Shown in pieces: positions 19,739 to 27,768 of a DNA stretch of 64,000 bases. The position numbers were made by a program, and so were the translations under genes. The notes under the pieces are model-generated. The model did not search any database. It had not been told where the DNA came from and saw only the letters and a program-made list of their open reading frames with translations. This stretch comes from an uncultured Chloroflexia bacterium (lineage in GTDB: Bacteria; Chloroflexota; Limnocylindria; Limnocylindrales; CSP1-4). Within the stretch, counting starts at the first letter, position 1; each line of letters opens with the position of its first letter. The stretch covers positions 131,923 through 195,922 of the forward strand of contig CAVVNZ010000009.1 in NCBI GenBank assembly GCA_963749735.1. The letters are read 5' to 3'.

Positions 19739-20817
19739 CCGGCCCGGTCGACGGACCGGCCGGCGAGGACCCGTCCGCCGAACCGACCGTCGACCCGACC
19801 GGGCTCCCGGTGCCCGTCGCGCCCGCCGGCCCGGACGGACCGGCGGAGTCTACGCCCTCCCGACCGGGTCTCCAGACGTTCTCGCTCGAGGGCCGTCGGG
19901 CGCCCGGCCTGTATCTCGCAGGCTGGCTCGCCACCGCGCTGGGCGGCCCGCTCTTGGGCGTCGCGATCGTCTCGGGCTCGGGCGGCCTCGCCGGGCTCGT
20001 CGTCGTCATCGCCGGAGCGCTGCTCCTCGGCGTCGGCCTGACCGCTGCGGCCGGTGCCCAGGCCATCGAGCGCCGCGATCGGACCGATCTGCGGTATCGC
20101 GGACCGTCGCCCTTCCTCGTCTTCGGTGCCAGTGTCCCGTTGACGCTCCTGGTCGAGCTGCCGTTCCAGCTCGTCGGGCTCGACCTCCGTACGCCGGTCG
20201 GGACGTTGATCGGTGTCGGTCTGATCGGCGCGATCTGGCTGGGGCTGGTCGGGATGACGGTCGTCGGGACCGGCGCCCTGCGTTGGGAGGAGATCGCGAT
20301 CGGCATCCTGGCCACACCACGCGCCCGGATCGTCGGCGACCTGCTCATCGGAGGCGCCGCGGCGTTCCCCGTCATCCTGGCGACGTCGATCGTCGCGGCG
20401 ATCCTCATCTCGGTGACGGGCGTCACGCCCGAGGGACCGATCGCCGCCCCGACGGACGCCGTGGCGCTGATCCTGAGCCTCGTCGCCGCCGCGGTCGTGG
20501 CGCCGATCAGTGAGGAGCTGTTCTATCGCGGCTTCGCCACGACCGCCTGGATGCGCTCGTTCGGGGCGCGTCGGGCGATCATCGAGGGTGGTCTGTTCTT
20601 CGCCTTCGTCCACGTTCTGACCCTCAGCGGCAGCGACTTCGACCATGCCGGGCGCGCCGCGGCGGTGGCGTTCGGGTCGCGGATCCCGGTCGCGTTCGCG
20701 CTGGGCTGGATCTTCGCGTCACGTCGCTCACTGGCCGCCTCGATCGGCCTGCACGCGACCTTCAACGGGTTGCTCGTCATCCTCGCCGCCGTCGCCGGGA
20801 ACGCCGGCCCGACCTGA
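19735..20817 (+). CDS. CPBP (CAAX/Abi) family intramembrane glutamic protease
   Basis: SEELFYRGF ... FAFVHV ... HATFN motifs. Polytopic. TTGA overlap with the preceding gene. Confidence 0.8.
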   Translation: MTGPVDGPAGEDPSAEPTVDPTGLPVPVAPAGPDGPAESTPSRPGLQTFSLEGRRAPGLYLAGWLATALGGPLLGVAIVSGSGGLAGLVVVIAGALLLGVGLTAAAGAQAIERRDRTDLRYRGPSPFLVFGASVPLTLLVELPFQLVGLDLRTPVGTLIGVGLIGAIWLGLVGMTVVGTGALRWEEIAIGILATPRARIVGDLLIGGAAAFPVILATSIVAAILISVTGVTPEGPIAAPTDAVALILSLVAAAVVAPISEELFYRGFATTAWMRSFGARRAIIEGGLFFAFVHVLTLSGSDFDHAGRAAAVAFGSRIPVAFALGWIFASRRSLAASIGLHATFNGLLVILAAVAGNAGPT

Positions 20818-20988
20818 CGTCGCCCGTCCGGGTCGTCCACAAACCGCCGGTGCACCCCGCGATGAGGGGCCGGTGAGGCGGGCTCCGTACGCTGCCGACG
20901 TCTTCGGGCCTGGGCGGCGGGGGAGATCGGCGGGCTCTCGTCGTCCGGGTCCGGGGACACCAAGCGGTGCCGTGCGTGGAGGGCGAGG

Positions 20989-21690
20989 ATGCGGGCGATC
21001 CGTGAGATCCCGGAAGCCGAGCGACCGCGCGAGCGCCTGGCCCAGCGCGGACCGGGCGGGCTCACGGCCGCGGAGCTCATCGGCATCATCTGGGGCTCGG
21101 GCTCGCGCAGACTCAGCGCGGTGGGCCTCGCCGAGGAGGCCCTTGCCCGGCACGACGGCCTGACCGGCCTCGCCCGGGCGAGCGATCTCGAACTCGAGGC
21201 GATCCCGGGCGTCGGGGCCGCGAAGGCAGCCCAGCTGGCCGCGGCGTTCGAGCTGGGTCGGCGCCTCCTCGCCGACTGGCCGGCCGGGCGGTGGACGATC
21301 CGGTCACCCGTCGACGTGGCCGATCGGTTGATCCTCCAGATGGGCCGGCTCGAGCGGGAGGAGCTCCGGATCGTGCTGCTCAACACGAAGAACGTCGTCC
21401 TCCGCGTGGCGACCGTCTACCAGGGCAACGTCTCGTCGAGCCTGGTCCGGGTGGGCGAGCTGTTCCGCGACGCCGTCCGGCTCAGCGCGAGCGGATTGAT
21501 CCTCGTCCACAACCATCCGAGCGGCGACCCGACCCCGAGTCCGGACGACATCCACCTGACCGCGGAAGCGCTCGCCGCGGGGCGGCTGCTCGACATCGAC
21601 GTCCTCGATCACCTTGTCATCGGCCACGACGCGTACGTGTCTCTGCGGGATCGCGGCGTCGCGTTCGATCGACCCGGCTCACGCGGCTGA
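20989..21690 (+). CDS. radC: RadC-family JAB/MPN domain protein
   Basis: ERPRERL, HhH region, LILVHNHPSGDPTPSPDD (JAMM-like motif). Confidence 0.85.
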   Translation: MRAIREIPEAERPRERLAQRGPGGLTAAELIGIIWGSGSRRLSAVGLAEEALARHDGLTGLARASDLELEAIPGVGAAKAAQLAAAFELGRRLLADWPAGRWTIRSPVDVADRLILQMGRLEREELRIVLLNTKNVVLRVATVYQGNVSSSLVRVGELFRDAVRLSASGLILVHNHPSGDPTPSPDDIHLTAEALAAGRLLDIDVLDHLVIGHDAYVSLRDRGVAFDRPGSRG

Positions 21691-21899
21691 GGCGGTCAGC
21701 GAAGCGCTCGCTCGCGCCCTACGAGCAACCGAACCAGGTCGGCCGGACGGCGGCCGGGATCTTCCTGCTGAAGTACTTCCACGACGGCCTGGCGGATGCA
21801 TGGCTGGCCGATGTCCTGCGAGCGACGACGGTCCCGATGATGCTCGACATCCTCGGGCCGATCATCCCGAGCGACATCAAGGTGCCGGGGATCAAGTAG
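21687..21899 (+). CDS. possible small protein (~70 aa) with no canonical start codon
   Basis: High-GC3 frame reading ..GIFLLKYFHDGLADAWLADVLRATTVPMMLDILGPIIPSDIKVPGIK*. CTG 21687 overlaps the radC TGA (CTGA). Canonical in-frame starts exist from 21291 inside radC (junk Arg/Pro-rich translation); between the radC stop and the end of the coding-like segment only ATG-ATG near 21825 remains. Confidence 0.3.
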   Translation: MRRSAKRSLAPYEQPNQVGRTAAGIFLLKYFHDGLADAWLADVLRATTVPMMLDILGPIIPSDIKVPGIK

Positions 21900-21937
21900 T
21901 CACGAAGCGCCCCACCGGGATCGCCCGCGGGGCCGGG

Positions 21938-21943
21938 TATACT
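21938..21943 (+). promoter_or_regulatory. putative -10 box TATACT upstream of mreB (about 90-nt leader containing a GCGACC/GGTCGC hairpin)
   Basis: The sequence ccgggTATACTgc is read directly. Confidence 0.3.
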
Positions 21944-22033
21944 GCACGGGCTTCCCCACGGATCACGCTCGCGACCCGCCCCCAGCGACCGGCGGAGGTC
22001 GCGCCGTGTCACCACGAAGGACCTACCCCGCAG

Positions 22034-23092
22034 ATGCTCGATCGGATCCTCGGCTACTTCTCCCGTGACATCGGGATCGACCTCGGGACCGCCAACACCC
22101 TGGTCCATGTCCGGAACCGCGGGATCGTCATGAGCGAGCCGAGCGTGGTCGCGATCGAGGCCAAGACGAAGAAGGTCCTGGCCATCGGCGCCGAGGCCAA
22201 GCGGATGGTGGGTCGCACGCCGGCCAACATCATCGCGGTCCGACCGCTCCGCGATGGGGTCATCAGCGACTTCGACGTGACGGAGCAGATGCTGAAGTAC
22301 TTCGTGAACCGGGTCCACGACCGGGTCGGGCTCATCCCGCGACCGCGGATGCTCCTCGGGATCCCGTCGGGGGTGACCGAGGTCGAGAAGCGGGCGGTCC
22401 GCGACGCGGCCCTCAATGCCGGAGCTCGGTGGGCGCGTCTGATCGAGGAGCCGATGGCCGCGGCGATCGGGGCGGGCCTCCCGGTCAGCGAACCGTCGGG
22501 TAGCCTCATCGTCGACATCGGCGGCGGGACGACCGAGGTCGCGGTCATCAGCCTCGGCGGGATCGTCGTCGCGCGGAGCATCCGGATCGGCGGCGACGAG
22601 ATGGACCAGGACATCGTGCTGTTCGCCCGCCGCGAGTACAACCTGTTCCTCGGCGAACGGACCGCGGAGGACATCAAGATCGCGATCGCCTCCGCTTATC
22701 CGGGCGAATGGGATGCCCAGCGGGTCACCCTCCGGGGCCGTGACCTGCTGACGGGCCTGCCGCGCAGCGTCGAGGTCGGCGCCGACCAGATCCGCGAGGC
22801 GATCGAGCCCTCGGTCCAGCAGATCGTCGATACGATCAAGGACACCATCGAGGAGACGCCGCCCGAGCTGGTGGCCGACATCATGGACCAGGGCATCGTC
22901 CTGGCCGGCGGCGGCGCGCTCCTCGCGGGCCTGGACCAGCGGATCGCCGAGGCGACGCAGATGCCCGTCCACATCGCCGACGATCCACTGACCTGCGTGG
23001 CGCGCGGGACCGGGATCGTCCTCGAGCAGCTGACCAACCCGGCGATGCAGCGGGTCCTCGTCGCGGACACGTACGCCCGCGCCCCGCGCTGA
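22034..23092 (+). CDS. mreB: rod shape-determining actin homolog MreB
   Basis: DIGIDLGTANTLVHVRNRGIV..EPSVVAI..VRPLRDGVISDF..IVDIGGGTTEVAVISLGG. Confidence 0.95.
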   Translation: MLDRILGYFSRDIGIDLGTANTLVHVRNRGIVMSEPSVVAIEAKTKKVLAIGAEAKRMVGRTPANIIAVRPLRDGVISDFDVTEQMLKYFVNRVHDRVGLIPRPRMLLGIPSGVTEVEKRAVRDAALNAGARWARLIEEPMAAAIGAGLPVSEPSGSLIVDIGGGTTEVAVISLGGIVVARSIRIGGDEMDQDIVLFARREYNLFLGERTAEDIKIAIASAYPGEWDAQRVTLRGRDLLTGLPRSVEVGADQIREAIEPSVQQIVDTIKDTIEETPPELVADIMDQGIVLAGGGALLAGLDQRIAEATQMPVHIADDPLTCVARGTGIVLEQLTNPAMQRVLVADTYARAPR

Positions 23093-23104
23093 TCGGCCGT
23101 CGAC

Positions 23105-24046
23105 GTGACATCCCTGTCGGGAGATCGGCTGCTCCGACGCCGGATGGCGCTGTTCGTGGTCCTGGTCGGCCTCAGCCTCGGGCTGATGATCGTCTCGTCG
23201 AGCGGCCCGGCCCTCGAGGTCCAGAACGGTGTCCGCTTCGCCTTCCGCCCGATCCAGGCGGGACTCGACTCGGTCGCCCGCGGCGCGTCCGATCTCGTCC
23301 AGACGGTCACCCAGATCCAGACGCTCCATCGGACGAACGACCAGCTCGCCCGCGACAACGCCCGACTGTCGGCCGAGAACGCCAGGACCAAGGAGCTCGA
23401 ACGGCAGAACGCCATCCTGACGGAGCTCCTCGACGTCAAGGGCTCGCTGAAGTTCTCGACGGTGACGGGCTCGGTCATCGGCCGCGAGACGTCCCAGTTC
23501 CGACGCGTCGTGACCATCGATGTCGGGTCGGATTCCGGCATCCGCGAGGGTGATGTCGTGGTCGGGGCCGGCGGAGCGCTGGTCGGCCGGATCACCGGGG
23601 TGACCGGGAACTCCGCGTCGGTCCTCCTGATCAACGACACCGGCTCGACGGTGATCGGTCAGCTGGGAGCCAACCAGGCCACCGGCTCGGTCGTCGGCCA
23701 GCTCGGCGGCGTCCTGATCATGGAGAACATCGACACCACGGAACGGCTCCAGATCGGGGACACCGTCGTGACCGCCGGGATCGACCTCGGCGACGGCGTC
23801 CGGTCGCCCTTCCCCAAGGGCCTCCTGATCGGCTCGCTGGTCGACGTCGAGCACGACGCCAACGCCGTCACCCAGACGGCCTTCATCCAGCCGGCCGCGG
23901 ACCTCGACCGGCTCGAGTACGTGCTGGTGATCACCGACTACAAGGGCGGGTTGCCGCCGGTCGACGAGTCAACGGGCCCGTGCGCGTCCGGCGGTACCCA
24001 GCCCGACGGCTCCGGACCGTGCGCCAGCGCGAGCCCCGGACCGTAG
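23105..24046 (+). CDS. mreC: rod shape-determining protein MreC
   Basis: N-terminal TM, a coiled-coil segment (LARDNARLSAENARTKELERQN), and beta domains VVGAGGALVGRITGVTGNSASVLLIND. Lies directly after mreB. Confidence 0.85.
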   Translation: MTSLSGDRLLRRRMALFVVLVGLSLGLMIVSSSGPALEVQNGVRFAFRPIQAGLDSVARGASDLVQTVTQIQTLHRTNDQLARDNARLSAENARTKELERQNAILTELLDVKGSLKFSTVTGSVIGRETSQFRRVVTIDVGSDSGIREGDVVVGAGGALVGRITGVTGNSASVLLINDTGSTVIGQLGANQATGSVVGQLGGVLIMENIDTTERLQIGDTVVTAGIDLGDGVRSPFPKGLLIGSLVDVEHDANAVTQTAFIQPAADLDRLEYVLVITDYKGGLPPVDESTGPCASGGTQPDGSGPCASASPGP

Positions 24047-24072
24047 GCCCGGGCGCGGCCTCCGTGCGCTGC

Positions 24073-24078
24073 TACGCT
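24073..24078 (+). promoter_or_regulatory. putative -10 box TACGCT, 8 nt before the rmlA ATG (leaderless-type)
   Basis: The sequence gcTACGCTaccgcccgATG is read directly. Confidence 0.3.
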
Positions 24079-24086
24079 ACCGCCCG

Positions 24087-24848
24087 ATGAAGGGCATCGT
24101 CCTGGCCGGCGGCACAGCCACCCGGCTGTACCCGCTGACGATCGTGACCAACAAGCATCTCCTGCCGATCTACGACCGGCCGATGATCTACTACCCGATC
24201 GAGACCCTGGCGGGGATGGGGATCCGCGAGGTGATGGTCATCGTCGGCGGCAAGTCGGTGGGCGACGTCGTGGAGCTGCTCGCCGACGGCGCCCACTTCG
24301 GGCTCGACCTGACGTATCGCTATCAGCGCGGCGCGCTGGGCATCGCCCATGCCATCGGGCTGGCCCGCGATTTCGTCGGTGACGAGGCCTTCTGCTGCGT
24401 CCTCGGCGACAACATCCTCCGCGGACCGGCCCTCGAGCCGATCGCGCGCGAGTTCGAGCAGGGGCCGTGGGGCGCGGGCACGCTCCTCTACCGCGTGCCG
24501 GACCCCGAGCGGTTCGGCGTGGCGGAGCTCGACGAGGACGGCCGGGTGGTCGGCTTCGAGGAGAAGCCGGCCAGCCCGAAGAGCGACCTCATCCCGATCG
24601 GGGTCTACTTCCTCCGACCGGACGCCTTCGACGTGATCGAGCACCTGGCCCCGTCGGGACGCGGTGAGTTCGAGATCACCGACGTGCTGAACCACTACGT
24701 CGCGGATGGCCGCCTGCACGCCCCGGTCTACGACGGCCACTGGGCGGATGCGGGCACCGTGACCTCGCTGCTCCGAGCCGCCGAGCTGGCGGCCTCGGAC
24801 GACGCCGAGGGTCGACTCGCTCCGCCGACGCAGCGGCCCGACCGGTGA
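24087..24848 (+). CDS. rmlA: glucose-1-phosphate thymidylyltransferase (short form)
   Basis: MKGIVLAGGTATRLYPLT..NKHLLPIYDRPMIYYPI. Followed by rmlB, rmlD and rmlC. Confidence 0.8.
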   Translation: MKGIVLAGGTATRLYPLTIVTNKHLLPIYDRPMIYYPIETLAGMGIREVMVIVGGKSVGDVVELLADGAHFGLDLTYRYQRGALGIAHAIGLARDFVGDEAFCCVLGDNILRGPALEPIAREFEQGPWGAGTLLYRVPDPERFGVAELDEDGRVVGFEEKPASPKSDLIPIGVYFLRPDAFDVIEHLAPSGRGEFEITDVLNHYVADGRLHAPVYDGHWADAGTVTSLLRAAELAASDDAEGRLAPPTQRPDR

Positions 24849-25981
24849 CCGATGCGCCCTGGGCCCGTCCCGGGTCCCGTCTGCTGGTCACGGGCGGCGC
24901 CGGCTTCATCGGGTCGTGCTTCGTCCGCGGGGTCCTCGCCCGACGCGACGGCACCCGGATCGCCGTCCTGGACAAGCTCACCTACGCCGGGAACCGGGCG
25001 AACCTCCGGCCGGCGCTCGACGACCCCGAGCAGGCTGCCCGGCTCGCCTTCGTCGAGGGCGACATCGCCGACATGGACGCCGTCCGGCCGCTCGTCGCCG
25101 ACGCCGATGCGGTCCTGAACTTCGCGGCCGAGTCGCACGTCGATCGGTCGATCCTCGATCCCGAGGCGTTCCTCCGGACCGGCGTCATCGGTGTCCACGT
25201 CCTGCTCGACGCGGTCCTCGAGCAGGGACGGGCCGGCCGGCCGGTCCGCTACCTCCAGGTCTCGACCGACGAGGTCTACGGCTCGGTCGAGACGGGCAGC
25301 TCGATCGAGACCGACGCGCTGGCGCCCCGTTCGCCGTATGCGGCAGCCAAGGCGGCCGGCGAGCTCCTCGTGCGCTCCTATGTCGTGACCCACGGCGTCG
25401 ACGCGGTCGTGACCCGCGGGTCCAATACCTACGGGCCCTACCACCACCCCGAGAAGCTCATCCCGCTGTTCGTGACCAACGCGATCGACGACCTGCCGCT
25501 GCCGATGTACGGCGACGGGATGCAGATCCGCGACTGGCTCCACGTCGGCGATCACGCCGCCGGCATCGAGCACGTCCTCCGCCACGGGACGCCAGGCGAG
25601 ACGTACAACCTGGCGGGCGCGACCGAGCTGCCCAATCGCGAGGTGGTCCGGCGGATCCTCGAGCTGCTCGGCAAGCCGTGGTCGCTGGTCCGGACCGTCG
25701 CCGATCGCCCGGGTCACGATCGACGCTATGCGATGGATGGGACGAAGGCGGCGGCGCTCGGCTGGAGCCCGCGGACGTCGTTCGAGGCCGGCCTGGCGGC
25801 GACCGTCGCCTGGTTCGTGGACAACGAGGACTGGTGGCGGCCGATCAAGGCCGGCGACTGGGACGCCTACTACGCTCGCCAGTACGGGCAGCGGCTGGCC
25901 GGGTCCGCCGCCGCCGAGGCCGGCGACCGGCTGGCCGGCGATCCGGCGGCGGCACTCGGGTCGGCGACCGAGGCGGACTGA
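24845..25981 (+). CDS. rmlB: dTDP-glucose 4,6-dehydratase
   Basis: LLVTGGAGFIGS, VSTDEVYG, the PYAAAKAAGE YxxxK motif, and DRRYAMD. GTGA overlap with rmlA. Confidence 0.9.
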   Translation: MTDAPWARPGSRLLVTGGAGFIGSCFVRGVLARRDGTRIAVLDKLTYAGNRANLRPALDDPEQAARLAFVEGDIADMDAVRPLVADADAVLNFAAESHVDRSILDPEAFLRTGVIGVHVLLDAVLEQGRAGRPVRYLQVSTDEVYGSVETGSSIETDALAPRSPYAAAKAAGELLVRSYVVTHGVDAVVTRGSNTYGPYHHPEKLIPLFVTNAIDDLPLPMYGDGMQIRDWLHVGDHAAGIEHVLRHGTPGETYNLAGATELPNREVVRRILELLGKPWSLVRTVADRPGHDRRYAMDGTKAAALGWSPRTSFEAGLAATVAWFVDNEDWWRPIKAGDWDAYYARQYGQRLAGSAAAEAGDRLAGDPAAALGSATEAD

Positions 25982-25982
25982 G

Positions 25983-26912
25983 GTGCGCGTCGCCGTCACG
26001 GGGGCGGGCGGGCGACTCGGCCGGGCCCTGGTCGGGACGCTGGCCGAGGCGCCGTTCACGGGACTGGCGGGACCGATCGCCTGGACCCGTCCCGACTACG
26101 ACCTCGACGACCTGCAGGCTCCATCTCGGCTCCTCGGGCGGGACCGGCCCGAGGTCGTCGTCCACTGCGCGGCCTGGACCGATGTCGACGGGGCCACCAG
26201 GGACCCCGCGCTGGCGGATCGACGGAACGCCGAGGCCACGCGGGAGCTGGCCGGCGCGTGCGCGGCGTCCGGCGTCGACTTCATCTACGTCTCGACGAAC
26301 GAGGTCTTCGATGGCGAGCGGACCGACGGGCGAGGCTACCGCCCGGACGACCCGACCCACCCGATCAACGCCTACGGCCGCAGCAAGCTCGGTGGCGAGA
26401 CCGCGGTGCGCGGCGTTGGTGGCCCCGGCGATCCACCCGTGGCCATCGTCCGGACCGCCTGGCTGTACGGTCCGCCGGGCGCGGACTTCCCGACGAAGAT
26501 CGTCGCTGCCGCACGCCGCGCCAGGGCCGCCGGGGAGCCACTCCGGGTCGTCGGCGACGAGTACGGCTGCCCGACGTCGGCCGCGGACGTGGCCGAGGCC
26601 ATCACCGAGCTGATCGGTTCCGGGGAGATCGGCGGGACGGTCCACTACGTCAATCTCGGGGCGGTGTCCCGGGCCGACTGGGCGCGCGAGGTCCTCCGCC
26701 TGGCAGGGATCGACATGGCGATCGAGGAGGTCTCCGCCGCGACCTGGGATCGCCCGTCCACGCCACCTCGCTGGGGCGTCCTCGAGGCGAGCCCGTTGCC
26801 GTCGGGCGAGCCGATGCGTCCGTGGACCGAGGCGCTGGCCGACTACGCCCCGACCCTCCGCCGCGCCGCATCCGATGCAGGCTCCAGGACGCCGGCCGGA
26901 GGCGCGGCATGA
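25983..26912 (+). CDS. rmlD: dTDP-4-dehydrorhamnose reductase
   Basis: VRVAVTGAGGRLG..VVHCAAWTDVD..YVSTNEVFDG..NAYGRSKLGGE. The GTG start at 25983 was chosen by homology; the track ORF starts earlier. Confidence 0.85.
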   Translation: MRVAVTGAGGRLGRALVGTLAEAPFTGLAGPIAWTRPDYDLDDLQAPSRLLGRDRPEVVVHCAAWTDVDGATRDPALADRRNAEATRELAGACAASGVDFIYVSTNEVFDGERTDGRGYRPDDPTHPINAYGRSKLGGETAVRGVGGPGDPPVAIVRTAWLYGPPGADFPTKIVAAARRARAAGEPLRVVGDEYGCPTSAADVAEAITELIGSGEIGGTVHYVNLGAVSRADWAREVLRLAGIDMAIEEVSAATWDRPSTPPRWGVLEASPLPSGEPMRPWTEALADYAPTLRRAASDAGSRTPAGGAA

Positions 26913-27499
26913 CGGACGTCGACCGACCCCCGTCGGGCCTGCCCGGCGTCCGCTACGGCGGTCTGATCCGTCACGCCGACGTGCGCGGGTCGTTCCGGGA
27001 GCTCTGGCGGGCGAGCGAGTACCCGTCGGATGGGCTGCCCGCCGACCTCGCCGGTCTGCCCGGCGCCAGGTTCGTGCAGGCCAATCTGTCGACCTCGGCC
27101 CCCGGAGTCCTCCGCGGACTGCACTACCACCGGCGTCAGCTCGACCGTTGGATCGTGGCCTCGGGTCGGGCGCTGGTGGCGCTCGTGGATGTCCGGCCGG
27201 TCGTCGACGGCGCGGGCGCCGCGGTGGTCGAGACGCGTGAGCTGGGCGCCGACGACACCGTCGAGATCCCGGCCGGGGTCGCGCACGGATTCCTGGCTCT
27301 CGAGGCGCTCGAGCTGATCTACCTCGTGACCGGCGAGTTCGATGCGAGCGATGAGCTCGGCTTCGCCTGGGACGACCCGGCGGTCGCCGTGCCGTGGCCC
27401 TCGCCCGTCCCGGGGCCGCCGGACGGTCGCCCGATCCTGTCCGATCGCGACCGGTCGAACCCGTCGCTCGCGGAGCTCGTGGCGAGCCTTCGCCGGTAG
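26909..27499 (+). CDS. rmlC: dTDP-4-dehydrorhamnose 3,5-epimerase
   Basis: HADVRGSFRELW..VLRGLHYH..VAHGF cupin motifs. ATGA overlap with rmlD. Confidence 0.85.
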   Translation: MTDVDRPPSGLPGVRYGGLIRHADVRGSFRELWRASEYPSDGLPADLAGLPGARFVQANLSTSAPGVLRGLHYHRRQLDRWIVASGRALVALVDVRPVVDGAGAAVVETRELGADDTVEIPAGVAHGFLALEALELIYLVTGEFDASDELGFAWDDPAVAVPWPSPVPGPPDGRPILSDRDRSNPSLAELVASLRR

Positions 27500-27768
27500 C
27501 ACGACCGCGGGTCGAGACCGGCCCGGCGGCCGGACCCGGCCGGGCGATGGTGGAGCGCCGACGCACCACCCCGCGTCACCTCGGACCGCACCGCTCCGCT
27601 CGTGCCCGCACTCCGGCGACGGCGTTCGGACCATGGGTCCCCGGACGATGTTGTCATTGAGCGCGCACCACCCCGCCGGGAGGCTGGATCCGTACTCATC
27701 CGGATCATCCGGGTCAGGCGGTCCGCGCTCCTCGCGGGAGCCGGCGGCCTGGGTGACCAGCCCACGAC

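Noticed and set aside
27500-27768. 269-nt untranslated region upstream of the secreted peptidase-like gene, considered as a possible riboswitch (for example the c-di-AMP/ydaO class, which often precedes wall hydrolases)
   Set aside because: I could see only short palindromes (ggaccATGggtcc) and could not match any riboswitch consensus by eye. A covariance-model scan (Rfam/Infernal) would be needed, so no claim is made.
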